64,000 bases of DNA from a virus (IMGVR_UViG_3300033073_001153:32001-96000); one strand, 5' to 3'; positions 40,825 to 51,122 are shown, counted from the first letter of the stretch. Numbers and translations are program-made. Notes: generated by a model from the letters alone, not told the origin.

Positions 40825-41505
40825 TTAAAAAATAGTGTAGAGAATATACCTAGAATCAGTGAGAGTATCTTCTAAACTATTTTTAAAATTATCACTTAAT
40901 ATTTTTTTAGCAATTCTATTATACAAAGCTATACGATTTTTTTCATTTATATCTACGTAAAATTTTATTATATTTACTATATCTTTGTAATTTAGAACGT
41001 GCATAAAATGGTTTAAACTATTTTCCAACGACCTGAAAACTACAAACGATTCGTTGGATTGTTTGTTTTTATTAGATAATTTATAATTATTTTCTGAATC
41101 ATAAAAAGAAATATATAATTGATATTTTTCCGGATTTGTTTTTAATTTATCTAATAATTTTTTATAATCTTCATGTTTATCAGTTCCGTTAGATCTAGAA
41201 ACCAATAATGAAGTATCCATTATTTTATTACTATTTGGATATAAATTTAATTTGACATGAAATAAAGAATTGTCGGGAGTGGTTATTGTATATAGAAATT
41301 CTTTCTGTGAATTTCCTAAATCTCTTTCTCCGTCATATTCAAATTTTTCATTTAAATGTAATTTGGCATATGCATACCTCTCTTCAAACAAATCCCAATT
41401 ATAATTAATTACATTTTCTGTGTTCAAATAATCCATTCCTTTTGAAAAAAGAATGTAATTGGAATTTTCGTATATTTTAAATATATTAGAATCGTCTTTG
41501 TCCAT
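40825..41505 (-). CDS. Hypothetical protein, paralog of 43192-43863
   Basis: Shared NW..F.ERY, F.DS..N.KL, NE..RI.LYN, D..T...Y..LY motifs. Confidence 0.65.
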   Translation of the reverse strand: MDKDDSNIFKIYENSNYILFSKGMDYLNTENVINYNWDLFEERYAYAKLHLNEKFEYDGERDLGNSQKEFLYTITTPDNSLFHVKLNLYPNSNKIMDTSLLVSRSNGTDKHEDYKKLLDKLKTNPEKYQLYISFYDSENNYKLSNKNKQSNESFVVFRSLENSLNHFMHVLNYKDIVNIIKFYVDINEKNRIALYNRIAKKILSDNFKNSLEDTLTDSRYILYTIF

Positions 41506-41506
41506 G

Positions 41507-42139
41507 TTAGATCACTTCATCTACTAATCCGTACTTTAAGCAAGTACTAGAATCAAACCAAATATCACGTTTTAATATATTATCTAGTTCTTTCATAGGA
41601 ATCTTTGTATATTCTTTGTACAAAGATTTAATCGTATTCATCATTCTACGATTATTTTCGTGTTCGTCTTCTAATCTTTCAAAAGTTCCAGCGCATACTG
41701 AACTTAATTGATGAATAAGCATAAAGCTATTTTTTCCTATATGACGCTTCTTACCAGCTATACTAATAATAGTAGCTGCACTAGCGGCAGCACCTTCTAC
41801 GTATGTATATACTTTGGTTTTGAGACTTCTGATGGTATCTACTGATGCTAATCCCGCTAGTACATCACCACCATAGCTATGCATTCTTAAATGTATTACT
41901 GGATCAAATGAACTATCGTTCATAGTGATCTTAGCATGTTGCATTCTGGTATCTAGTTCACGTAATAAACGATTTAATTCGCTGCATGTAGAACCAGAGA
42001 TTTCTGCATAGAATTGTATACTATTATCTAGTACTTTGATAGATCCAGCCGGAAGTAGTAAATCAGAAGTTGGTAAAGATGGTGGTAATTCTTTTGAAAA
42101 GTCTTCCTCAGTTTCTTCCGACCCCCAGTATTTTCTCAT
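41507..42139 (-). CDS. clpP: ClpP-like serine protease
   Basis: HSYGGDV, GAAASAAT (Ser), MLIHQ (His), RDIWF, YGLVDEV. Confidence 0.85.
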   Translation of the reverse strand: MRKYWGSEETEEDFSKELPPSLPTSDLLLPAGSIKVLDNSIQFYAEISGSTCSELNRLLRELDTRMQHAKITMNDSSFDPVIHLRMHSYGGDVLAGLASVDTIRSLKTKVYTYVEGAAASAATIISIAGKKRHIGKNSFMLIHQLSSVCAGTFERLEDEHENNRRMMNTIKSLYKEYTKIPMKELDNILKRDIWFDSSTCLKYGLVDEVI

Positions 42140-42148
42140 ATTAATTAT

Positions 42149-42712
42149 TTAGATCAAAACACGAGAAAGTCCAAGGATGTAGATTCTGTTATTATTTTCG
42201 TCAGTTACGTCAGTAGCTTTACATTTTACATTTGTAATAACACCTGTAACTCTGTGATGATAGCGAAATATTTCTTCAAATGGTGTATTATGTTCAATCA
42301 TATTATGCCATTTTCTCTGTACTTCTTGTCGATCATCTATGTGTACAGATAATAGCCAGTTATGTCCGTGTGCTTCTTCTTCTGATAATCCAGTTAATGA
42401 TATCCATTTACTGTTTACTTTTATACACTTTCCTTCTTGATCACATACAAATTGAGCTAATTCTAATGTGTCTAGTATGGTATTAACTACTTTACCTTGT
42501 AATTTAATTTCGTTGTAAATTTTCTTTTGTCCTTCTTTGATTTCTAAAATCATTTCTGGAGTTTCATTTAATAATCTTATTAGATTATAAAAATCTGTTT
42601 TTTTAACAGTTTTTGCAACATATCTATAAAATCCATAGATTATACCAAGTGCTGCCAAGGTATAATAAATAGTGTTTATATTTTGATTTAAAAAATCAAG
42701 ATTTATGTTCAT
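42149..42712 (-). CDS. Membrane-anchored PAS-domain protein
   Basis: N-terminal TM helix; PAS motif CD..GKC..VN..W..LTG...EEA.G..WL..VH.DDR. Confidence 0.8.
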   Translation of the reverse strand: MNINLDFLNQNINTIYYTLAALGIIYGFYRYVAKTVKKTDFYNLIRLLNETPEMILEIKEGQKKIYNEIKLQGKVVNTILDTLELAQFVCDQEGKCIKVNSKWISLTGLSEEEAHGHNWLLSVHIDDRQEVQRKWHNMIEHNTPFEEIFRYHHRVTGVITNVKCKATDVTDENNNRIYILGLSRVLI

Positions 42713-42717
42713 ACCAG

Positions 42718-42954
42718 CTATCCTTGAATAACTTCAGATTCTTGTGGTTTATCGGTATTAACAGTAGTATCTAAAAAAGCTTTTAGAGAAACGAAGCTAG
42801 GTAATAATGATTTCAAACCTAATTTAAGCCATTCTAAACTGGTTAAATCTGAAAAATTACGATATTCAATACTATCTAATAAAGTACCAAATGTAATTAA
42901 GGCACTTACTAGAAAATATGCGCCCATTCTAATATGTACTTTATATTTGTTCAT
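42718..42954 (-). CDS. Small membrane protein (holin-like)
   Basis: 78 aa with a hydrophobic N-terminal helix and an amphipathic second helix. Confidence 0.45.
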   Translation of the reverse strand: MNKYKVHIRMGAYFLVSALITFGTLLDSIEYRNFSDLTSLEWLKLGLKSLLPSFVSLKAFLDTTVNTDKPQESEVIQG

Positions 42955-42979
42955 ATTATTATTTATCCTAAATCGTCAC

Positions 42980-43015
42980 AAAAAAAGAGTCTACGAACTC
43001 CATAAACTCTTCTCT
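42980..43015 (-). terminator. Rho-independent terminator
   Basis: Minus strand AAGAGTTTATG-GAGTT-CGTAGACTCTT plus T-tract. Confidence 0.7.
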
Positions 43016-43031
43016 CTTATAAGGTTCTATT

Positions 43032-43190
43032 TCACCAGTGCCGTATTACACCAGCAATAATAAAGAAACAAGTAATAATATGCATAAACCACCAAAAAGT
43101 ACGTATTACAGCAGCGATATCAGCTTGTCTTTTGTCTTCTGATATCTTGTCTCCCATTGTTTTGCACCAAATTTCCCAAATATTTTTCAT
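43032..43190 (-). CDS. 52-aa membrane protein (not in ORF track)
   Basis: MKNIWEIWCKTMGDKISEDKRQADIAAVIRTFWWFMHIITCFFIIAGVIRHW; resembles small proteins of aquatic T4-like phages. Confidence 0.7.
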   Translation of the reverse strand: MKNIWEIWCKTMGDKISEDKRQADIAAVIRTFWWFMHIITCFFIIAGVIRHW

Positions 43191-43191
43191 A

Positions 43192-43863
43192 TTATTTCGT
43201 AAAATAAAGTTTATCGTATGATCTTGAAGTTACTGTGTCTATAATTTTATTAGGAAACGTATTTATATAACCACTTCTTATCATAAATTGGTTGTATAGT
43301 TTTATTCTTTTTGATTCATTTTTGTCTACTTGAAATGAAATAATTTGTGTTTTATTAACTAAACCAGTAGATGCAAGAAAATCCATTGTACATCTTTCTA
43401 CGTTTCGCAAAAGACTTAAACTATAATTACCAACAGATCCAGTTAATTTTATATTAGAATCGGAATCTTCGAAGTATATGTTAAGCATGTACGAATCTGG
43501 ATATGTTTTTATTATGTTTAATATATACAATGCAGGCTTAGAGTTCGAAGAATCTTTATCAATTCCTAATAAATTAGAAGAATATGAATTTTCTAAATCT
43601 GATAAAACATGCATAGATAAATGAACATAAAACTTTTTATCATTTATATCTATTTCATATTTTCTTTTAAAACTTCCGTTTTTTGTTATATCTACATCAC
43701 CCAAATTTTTAAAAGATTCGTGAATATTACATTTATCAAATTCGTATCTTTCAAAAAAACTTTCCCAGTTAAAATTTTCATCATCTTCTACTAAAAGATA
43801 ATCTAAATTTTTATAGAAAATAGATTCATACAAAACATAAATTTGTTTCGTGTCTAAATTCAT
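43192..43863 (-). CDS. Hypothetical protein, paralog of 40825-41505
   Basis: Shared motifs with the paralog. Confidence 0.65.
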   Translation of the reverse strand: MNLDTKQIYVLYESIFYKNLDYLLVEDDENFNWESFFERYEFDKCNIHESFKNLGDVDITKNGSFKRKYEIDINDKKFYVHLSMHVLSDLENSYSSNLLGIDKDSSNSKPALYILNIIKTYPDSYMLNIYFEDSDSNIKLTGSVGNYSLSLLRNVERCTMDFLASTGLVNKTQIISFQVDKNESKRIKLYNQFMIRSGYINTFPNKIIDTVTSRSYDKLYFTK

Positions 43864-44096
43864 GGATTCGTAATTTTATCAGCAATTTGTTGTAATTGAT
43901 TACGTTTATCTCCTTCTACTTTACCTGCATATTCATTTAACATACGAAATGCATATTCTATTCTTATCCAAGATAAACTAGTTCTGTCTATCTTGGGATT
44001 TTCTACGTTTCCGTCATTTATACAATATAATAGAATATCTTTTTCTTCTTCAGTTAATCGGTTTAATTTATGTGTATGAATCATTTTATAACTCAA
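43860..44096 (-). CDS. Hypothetical protein
   Basis: Overlapping start/stop with neighbours. Confidence 0.55.
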   Translation of the reverse strand: MSYKMIHTHKLNRLTEEEKDILLYCINDGNVENPKIDRTSLSWIRIEYAFRMLNEYAGKVEGDKRNQLQQIADKITNP

Positions 44097-45147
44097 TATT
44101 GCTAAATTCGTTATAATCTACTTGAGTATTACGTGCTCCGATCTTATAACTAATAATAGAAACTTCTTGAGGAGCTTGTTGAACCTTTCCAGAATCCATG
44201 AATGCATCATACCATGATCCTAGTGGATTCTTCTTAATATCATACATTTTCTTATAACCTAATGAACTTAGTCTGTTATTAGCTAACCATTCTACATATC
44301 CTTTTAATGTATCAGTATTAATACCTAATAGAGATCCTCTACTAAATAGGTAATCAGCCCACTTCTTTTCTTGTTCTACTGCAATATGATAAGCATCATA
44401 TACACGTTCTTCATTCTTTTTTACTATTTCTTGAAATCCTTCTTCTGGATTTTCTTTGAAATATTTCAAAATATTTTGTGTGATTGCTACGTGTAAATTC
44501 TCATCTCTGGCAATCAACTTAATGATCTTGGCATTTCCTTCCATCTTTCCTTTTGCACCGAAAAAGAAAGAACAAACAAAAGATGTATAAAATGCCAATC
44601 CTTCTGTAATTTGAGTAGATAATATACAATCAAATATATTTTGTTTAATATCATCACTATCTAAAAACATTTTATCGTATTCTTTTTTTGCTGCTTCTGC
44701 TCGTTCAATGATCTCTTTATCTTCTAAAATAGAATCCCAAAACTTACTTTCGTCTGGATATACGTTTTTTAAGATGTGTGAATATGAGCGAGAATGAATA
44801 TTAGATTCAAAAAATGCCCATACATTCATACATGCTTCTAATTCTGGGTTGGAAACATACTCAGCAAATTTAAAAATGCTTCGGGATAGCATACTATCAG
44901 TCATAGTTTGCCATTTTAAATTCGTATCAAATACGAATCTTTCTGTATCAGAAAGCAATTGATAATCTGCACGATCTTTTGTTAGATCAATTTCTTGTGC
45001 TCTCCAGAAAAATTCTTCTTGTCTTTCTGCAAGTTCAAAGAATTTTGGATACTTTAGCCTATCATATCTCTGTAATGATAGATTCTTTCCCAAAAACATA
45101 GGCTCTTTTCTGGTATCTACGTTGTCGATGTTGAGAACAGTTTTCAT
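44086..45147 (-). CDS. nrdB: Ribonucleotide reductase class Ia beta subunit
   Basis: FFWRAQEIDL, E..IHSRSY, EGLAFY.SF, IARDENLH, APQE. Confidence 0.96.
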   Translation of the reverse strand: MKTVLNIDNVDTRKEPMFLGKNLSLQRYDRLKYPKFFELAERQEEFFWRAQEIDLTKDRADYQLLSDTERFVFDTNLKWQTMTDSMLSRSIFKFAEYVSNPELEACMNVWAFFESNIHSRSYSHILKNVYPDESKFWDSILEDKEIIERAEAAKKEYDKMFLDSDDIKQNIFDCILSTQITEGLAFYTSFVCSFFFGAKGKMEGNAKIIKLIARDENLHVAITQNILKYFKENPEEGFQEIVKKNEERVYDAYHIAVEQEKKWADYLFSRGSLLGINTDTLKGYVEWLANNRLSSLGYKKMYDIKKNPLGSWYDAFMDSGKVQQAPQEVSIISYKIGARNTQVDYNEFSNIEL

Positions 45148-45155
45148 ATTATTAT

Positions 45156-47417
45156 TTATATTGAACAAGCTCCACTAGCGCAACCACTTCCATTATCTGA
45201 AGCCGACTGAACATCACCGTCATTTGTATTAGAATAATATAAACTTTTTAGTCCCATACTATATGCATACAGAATTTCTTTAATTACTTGAGAATCTGGA
45301 AGGATTCCATTAGGGTAATGTGCGTAATTATAGTATAGATTAGTAGACAGTCCCATGTCAAACCATTTTTGAATCGCGGCATTTACATTAATTAATCCTA
45401 TATTATCCGTGAGTTCAAATGCTAATGTATATTTGTTCTTACAAGAAGAATAATTTGGAACTAATACAGGAATAGTACCAGCCTTTGAACTTTTATAAGT
45501 CATTAAAGAACGAACTGGTTCTGCTCCATTTGTTGTATTTTGAATAACCGAACTAGATTCCACGGGCATTTGGGCAGTTAATGAACTGTGTCTTAATCCA
45601 TATTTAACTATTTCTTGTCTAAGAGATTCCCAATCTAATGAAGGAGTTCTAGTAACTACTGTATCAACTTTTTTCTTATATGTATCAATAGGAAGAATAC
45701 CTTTAGAGTAATTAGTTAAATTAAACTTTTCACATGGCCCTTTTTCTTTTGATAATTCCATAGATGATTCTAATAGATAATATTGAACTTTTTCAATGAT
45801 TTCATCTACGAAGTTAGGAGTTTCTTTATCTGTGTATTTGAAATTATTCTTCGCAAGATATGCCGCTAAATTAGTAATTCCAATACCAAGACTTCTACGT
45901 TTCTTTGTAAAGTTTTCGGCAGCAACACAGAAGTATTCCTGATAATCAATAATTTCTTCTAACATTCTTACGATAATATTACAAGTATTCTTTAAATCTT
46001 TATCATCTTTAATTTCTAAAAGATTAATAGCTGAAAGAATACAAATACCAATTTCTCCTTCTGGATCGTCAATATGCTGAATTGGTTTAGTTGGATGTAG
46101 AATTTCCAAACATAAATTTTCCATGACTACTCTTTCTGAGAAAGGATTGTGCTCATTCGCATGATCAATATTCATCAAATAAATACGACCAGTTTCAGTT
46201 CTTTCTTTTACGAACAATGACATCAAACTAGAAGCCTTAATAGTTCTCTTGTACTTTATGTTAGGATCATTTTCGTATTTTACATATAATTCATCAAATT
46301 TCGGATAACCAAAAACTTCATACATGTCTTTAACTTCATGAGGAGAAAACAAAGTAATATTTTCATTCTTCATGAAACGCTCATAAAACAATTTAGAGAA
46401 TTGAATTGTATAATCTAACTTACGTGCTCTATTTTCCTCGGTTCCTCCATTGTTTTTTAATACTACTAAATCCTCAATGTCATAGTGCCAAAAAGGAAAG
46501 TTTACCGTAGCAGAACCACCTCTGGTTTGTTGTGAACTAGCTTTTACAGTGGCTTCGAATATTTTTAAGAACGGAATAGGTCCATCATGAATGACTCTTC
46601 CATTATTGATAGTGGTTCCAGTCCCACGAATTCTTCCCATATTCAAACCAATACCATAACTTTGTGTAGTAGCAAAACCAGTAGCGGCGGCACTACTAAA
46701 AATAGAATTCTTGGTGTCATCTACATCAATTAAACAACAAGAAGCAAATTGCTTCAGATTACCACGAATTCCAGCCATTTGTGGAGTAGGAAGATTAATT
46801 TTAAACTTCCTAAATGCATCATATGCTATTTTAACATATTCTAATCTCTTATTTTTAGGATACTGACTGAACACAGTCATAGCAATTAACATATATGCTA
46901 ATTGAGGTGTTTCAAAAATTTCTTTTGTTTCTTTGTTCTTGAAAAGATATTTGTCACATAATTGCTTAATTCCAGCATAAGTGAAATCATAATCACTGTC
47001 ATGCTTTAACTTTTCGTCTAGTTTATTGATTTCAATCTCAGAATATAGATCTAAAATTTCTTTATTATAAATTCCACGTTCTACATTTTTACGAATAAAA
47101 TCAATTAATTTGGGAGGATTCTTACCACCCCAAACATCTTTTCGTAATTGATAATTAAGAAGCCTTGAAGCCACCCATTGATAATTTGGATTCTCTTCAG
47201 AGAAAAGATTTACAGCAGAATCAATTAATACTTTGTGGATTTCTGTGGAAGAAATACCATCTACTATATTCAATTTGGAATTTATTTCAATGTCCGAAAC
47301 CGAAACATCACTCAATCCTTCAGTAGCCCACTGAATTACTTTATTTATCTTCTCAACTTCAAAAGGAACTAATTCGCCATTCCTTTTCTTGACATTGATA
47401 ATTTTATCACTTTTCAT
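45156..47417 (-). CDS. nrdA: Ribonucleotide reductase class Ia alpha subunit
   Basis: ATP cone VKKRNG, SCCL, NLCLE, MPVESSS, LYY, C-terminal CASGAC. Confidence 0.96.
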   Translation of the reverse strand: MKSDKIINVKKRNGELVPFEVEKINKVIQWATEGLSDVSVSDIEINSKLNIVDGISSTEIHKVLIDSAVNLFSEENPNYQWVASRLLNYQLRKDVWGGKNPPKLIDFIRKNVERGIYNKEILDLYSEIEINKLDEKLKHDSDYDFTYAGIKQLCDKYLFKNKETKEIFETPQLAYMLIAMTVFSQYPKNKRLEYVKIAYDAFRKFKINLPTPQMAGIRGNLKQFASCCLIDVDDTKNSIFSSAAATGFATTQSYGIGLNMGRIRGTGTTINNGRVIHDGPIPFLKIFEATVKASSQQTRGGSATVNFPFWHYDIEDLVVLKNNGGTEENRARKLDYTIQFSKLFYERFMKNENITLFSPHEVKDMYEVFGYPKFDELYVKYENDPNIKYKRTIKASSLMSLFVKERTETGRIYLMNIDHANEHNPFSERVVMENLCLEILHPTKPIQHIDDPEGEIGICILSAINLLEIKDDKDLKNTCNIIVRMLEEIIDYQEYFCVAAENFTKKRRSLGIGITNLAAYLAKNNFKYTDKETPNFVDEIIEKVQYYLLESSMELSKEKGPCEKFNLTNYSKGILPIDTYKKKVDTVVTRTPSLDWESLRQEIVKYGLRHSSLTAQMPVESSSVIQNTTNGAEPVRSLMTYKSSKAGTIPVLVPNYSSCKNKYTLAFELTDNIGLINVNAAIQKWFDMGLSTNLYYNYAHYPNGILPDSQVIKEILYAYSMGLKSLYYSNTNDGDVQSASDNGSGCASGACSI

Positions 47418-47506
47418 AATTAGGTACACAATATTTATAGAACTTTTATCCTCTAATAATCGCACAAAAAATGCATATCGGCAAGATAAATAATTAAAGT
47501 TTTTTC

Positions 47507-47965
47507 TTAGTTATATAGTTCTTTTATAACTGAAGGAATTATTGGCTTGTATTTTTTTCTAAAAGTATCTTTATCTTTAAGATATTCTAAAAATAAATCA
47601 TCTTCTTTTATAGGTTCCCAATAATCTATAATTCCATTTTTATTATAGATTACATAAATTTTTATCAAACGATCTATTCCATAGACATCATATGTAATAT
47701 TGTCTTTTACTTTTTTGAAAAGATTCAAATCTTCCGAATTTATATTTACTTGTTTAATATATTCAAAAGTGTTCACCACATTTAAATATGATAACATATT
47801 ATAATGATAATCCTCATAATCTACATCTAATAAAGGATCGTCTAAATTTAGATCTAAATTATAATACATTATAGAATTTTTTAAATCTTCTAAATATGAA
47901 GATCTTATTATATCTCTAAAAGATATATTTTTAGATAGATTTTCTATAAATTCTAAATCTTTCAT
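47507..47965 (-). CDS. Hypothetical protein
   Basis: AT-rich ORF; start uncertain (47965 or 48004). Confidence 0.45.
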   Translation of the reverse strand: MKDLEFIENLSKNISFRDIIRSSYLEDLKNSIMYYNLDLNLDDPLLDVDYEDYHYNMLSYLNVVNTFEYIKQVNINSEDLNLFKKVKDNITYDVYGIDRLIKIYVIYNKNGIIDYWEPIKEDDLFLEYLKDKDTFRKKYKPIIPSVIKELYN

Positions 47966-48503
47966 TTTTTGAATTATTTTTGATAACATTTTCAAAAATT
48001 TCATTTAAATTTTTGGATGAAATTTCTATTTCATTATTAGAAACTTCATCTAATAATGTTACTTCATTTCCAATAGAAAAAGCCTCTAATATTAATTTTT
48101 TCCACATTAGATAACCATATTCTGTCAATATTTTATCAGATTGAATAAAATTAAATTTAGGAAGATAAAAATTAAAAAATAAATATCTATACAATCCTTT
48201 TGTTTTAGAAGATGTCCAAATTAAATTTACTGTTATATAATTAGAAATTAATGTATAATCAAAATACATACATACTTCATTATCAAATAATAAAATTTCT
48301 ATTACATTATTTGGTTTTTGTATAACATATCTATCATAGATATTATTATTTAATCCTGTTATTTTTTCTACAGGAGAATAATTATTCTTAATAAAAATTG
48401 CATAGTTTTTATTAACATAATCCGAATTAAATCTTGTTAAATTTGTATTTTGAAAATTTACAAATTCTGGAGATTCAATATAAAATTGTTTAAAACTTTT
48501 CAT
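47931..48503 (-). CDS. Hypothetical protein, possible GNAT-fold acetyltransferase
   Basis: MKSFKQFYIE leader; KGL...IQSD..LT..G..MW pattern. Confidence 0.5.
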   Translation of the reverse strand: MKSFKQFYIESPEFVNFQNTNLTRFNSDYVNKNYAIFIKNNYSPVEKITGLNNNIYDRYVIQKPNNVIEILLFDNEVCMYFDYTLISNYITVNLIWTSSKTKGLYRYLFFNFYLPKFNFIQSDKILTEYGYLMWKKLILEAFSIGNEVTLLDEVSNNEIEISSKNLNEIFENVIKNNSKNERFRIYRKSI

Positions 48504-48831
48504 TTCTTAAATTTTGTATATATTCGGTCACTTCTGGATCTGATTTTTTAACACTAGTAGATTCTGAAAAATTAACTTCGTCATCGTTAATTTTTAAGAT
48601 TTCCTTCACTGTTTTATCAGTGATTTCGGGTAGATCTTCTCTGTCAACTTTTAGAAGATCCTTAATTTCTTTCACTTTATATCCACGTTTAAGTAAACTT
48701 TTTACTTGACGAGACACATAAAGTGAATTGAATTTCTCTTCCGATCCGAACTGTGACACTTTTTTATCGTAGTATTCGTTTCCTACGGTTATTTGTTTAC
48801 CAGTAACGACACAAGTGAGTTTATGAGACAT
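48490..48831 (-). CDS. Hypothetical protein
   Basis: ORF with extended -10 (TGTTATCAT) upstream. Confidence 0.6.
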   Translation of the reverse strand: MSHKLTCVVTGKQITVGNEYYDKKVSQFGSEEKFNSLYVSRQVKSLLKRGYKVKEIKDLLKVDREDLPEITDKTVKEILKINDDEVNFSESTSVKKSDPEVTEYIQNLRNEKF

Positions 48832-48881
48832 TCATCTATGATAACACATTTTTTACTTCACACAAGGATAAAAATTTTAAA

Positions 48882-49517
48882 TTAACGAACCGTAATTGTA
48901 TCGTATAGCGGGTGTTGTTTTTTTGAAGATTTAAAAATAATCTTTCCAACTACGTTTCCTAAATTTAAATTACCTGAAGTCATTGGTCTGAGTGATGGTT
49001 CTTTATATGTTATACCACCAGATGGATTCTTTGATTTTTGTATATGCCTTGCTAATTTAACTGGATTTTGCATCTCTAATTTTAGACAATATAAATGTAA
49101 TGAACCACTTTCAATTGTAATTAAAAATGAATCATCTCTAAGAGATTCTGGTTTTTGTATCCAACTATAAAGTGAAGGACGTACTAAATTTGTCCTATAA
49201 TTTCTAGATCCTTTAATTTTGGTTTGTATATTATCTGGATATATTGTTTTATTATCAGAAGTTATAAATGATGCTCTTCCAGTGGAACAATCAATAATTC
49301 CATTTTCGTATATGGTATCTGTTAGTATCTCAGAAGTTTTTTTATCATAATATTCACCATGTGGGCGATATCCATGTTTTTCTGTATGTCTCTTAAACAT
49401 CGGACGAGGATCATATTTTTTAATTCTATCGGGAGTACTTTCATCACCATGAAATCTCCCCGGAACCACATCAATAATTGGTGTTTCTTTTAAAAAATAT
49501 TCCTCAAATTTTATCAT
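48882..49517 (-). CDS. Hypothetical protein (candidate internal head protein)
   Basis: MIKFEEYFLKE leader. Confidence 0.55.
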   Translation of the reverse strand: MIKFEEYFLKETPIIDVVPGRFHGDESTPDRIKKYDPRPMFKRHTEKHGYRPHGEYYDKKTSEILTDTIYENGIIDCSTGRASFITSDNKTIYPDNIQTKIKGSRNYRTNLVRPSLYSWIQKPESLRDDSFLITIESGSLHLYCLKLEMQNPVKLARHIQKSKNPSGGITYKEPSLRPMTSGNLNLGNVVGKIIFKSSKKQHPLYDTITVR

Positions 49518-49525
49518 TAAATTAT

Positions 49526-50890
49526 TTATGTTATAATTTCTTTAATCACATTACCGAAGTTATCAGTCAGACGAAATTCACGGCCATTGTAGTTGTAGGT
49601 TAATTTGGTGTGATCAAACCCCATCAGATGAAGAATAGTAGCATGTAGATCATGAATATGTACTATATCTTTTACTGACTTACCACCAGTTTCGTCAGTT
49701 TCGCCGTATCGTTGTCCTCCTTTTACGTTACCACCTGCCATCCATACTGAGAAAGCTTTACCATTATGGTCACGTCCCGGCGCACCTGCTCCACCACCTG
49801 CTGTGACTGTACGTCCAAATTCACCACCCCAAATTACTAGTGTAGAATCCAACAATCCTCTTTGTTTAAGATCTGTTAATAATCCACTAAAGGCTGTATC
49901 ATAACGCATTGCGGTATTAGTCATTGCGGTTTTGATATCATTATGATGATCATATCCACCCACACTAACTTGTACGAAACGTACACCACGTTCAACTAAA
50001 CGACGAGCCACAATCATTTTATTACCTTCTTCGTTACGTCCATACAAATCTTTAATATTTTCTGGTTCTTTAGTAATATCAAAAGCATCTGTTGCTTCGG
50101 TTTGCATCTTGTATGCTGTTTCAAATGCTTCAATTCTAGCTTCTAGTTGCACATCTTTTTGCAACTTAGCCATATGATCATTGTTTAAAAACTTAGAAAA
50201 ATCCAATTGTCTTCTTTGTCGATCTAAAGTAGAAAATTCACTTCGGATATTAGAAAGAATCTCTTCTGCTCGCATACCAGTTCTGTATTGTACATTACAT
50301 CCCTGATACATCCCCGGTAAAAATGCACACTGTCTCCATTCTGGCGCACCATTTAAACTGATAAACGATGGCATATTTTGGTTTAACGAACCCAAACCAT
50401 AGGTTAACCAACTACCTAGACTTGGTTTCGGAAGTTGAGTAGATCCGGTATTAAACATCTTAGCGGCAATTCCATGATCTGGAATGTCAGTTTGCATGGA
50501 ATTAATAATTGCCATACTATCGGCATGTTGACCTAACTTACTCCAGACTTCGGATATATGTAATCCCGACTTACCAAACTGTGGAAAATTAAATGGAGAA
50601 GCAAGTAAATTACCATACTCTCCTTTTTGTCCATCACGTTTCTGTAATTCTGGTTTATAATCAAACGTATCTACGTGTGAAGGCGCACCAGAAGCAAATA
50701 ATTGAATCACTGCTTTTGCTTTTACAGGAAAATGTGAAGGTTTAGCAGCAAGAGGAGAAACCGCTTCAGCAGTAATTGGATCTATTCCAAGTAAAGATGC
50801 TAAAGATAATCCACCCATTCCCCAACCAAAATTATTCAGAAAATCTCTTCTGGTTGTATATTCGTTATTGTGATTCCCGCAGTCTTTCAT
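49526..50890 (-). CDS. DUF1501 family sulfatase-like protein with Tat signal
   Basis: TRRDFL, KAKAVIQLF..GAPSHVDTFDYKPEL, ARRLVERGVRFVQ, WGGEFGRT, GRDHN, DLHATILHLMG. Confidence 0.92.
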   Translation of the reverse strand: MKDCGNHNNEYTTRRDFLNNFGWGMGGLSLASLLGIDPITAEAVSPLAAKPSHFPVKAKAVIQLFASGAPSHVDTFDYKPELQKRDGQKGEYGNLLASPFNFPQFGKSGLHISEVWSKLGQHADSMAIINSMQTDIPDHGIAAKMFNTGSTQLPKPSLGSWLTYGLGSLNQNMPSFISLNGAPEWRQCAFLPGMYQGCNVQYRTGMRAEEILSNIRSEFSTLDRQRRQLDFSKFLNNDHMAKLQKDVQLEARIEAFETAYKMQTEATDAFDITKEPENIKDLYGRNEEGNKMIVARRLVERGVRFVQVSVGGYDHHNDIKTAMTNTAMRYDTAFSGLLTDLKQRGLLDSTLVIWGGEFGRTVTAGGGAGAPGRDHNGKAFSVWMAGGNVKGGQRYGETDETGGKSVKDIVHIHDLHATILHLMGFDHTKLTYNYNGREFRLTDNFGNVIKEIIT

Positions 50891-50894
50891 ATTT

Positions 50895-51122
50895 TTATTT
50901 TCTACGTTTTTTAGTTTTTTTATTTTTAATATAATCTTTCTTTTGTGGGAAAAATCCGCGACCCAATGGCTGATTAGCTCCTCCCATTCCCTGAAATGGC
51001 ATGGCTACATTTAATGGAGTGTTTGGTCCTCCTGCATATGCGGTTCCTGTTCCGTACTTACCAGAAGTAAAATCATAGTTATAATCTTCTAGTAATCTTT
51101 TTATTAGATCATCAAACTTCAT
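50895..51122 (-). CDS. Small hypothetical protein with MKFDDL..LLE leader
   Basis: Shared leader, TAAATA box, basic C-terminus. Confidence 0.6.
   Translation of the reverse strand: MKFDDLIKRLLEDYNYDFTSGKYGTGTAYAGGPNTPLNVAMPFQGMGGANQPLGRGFFPQKKDYIKNKKTKKRRK

Noticed and set aside
47476-47483. GCCGATAT upstream of nrdA as a sigma28 promoter
   Set aside because: No TAAAG -35 element at the expected spacing
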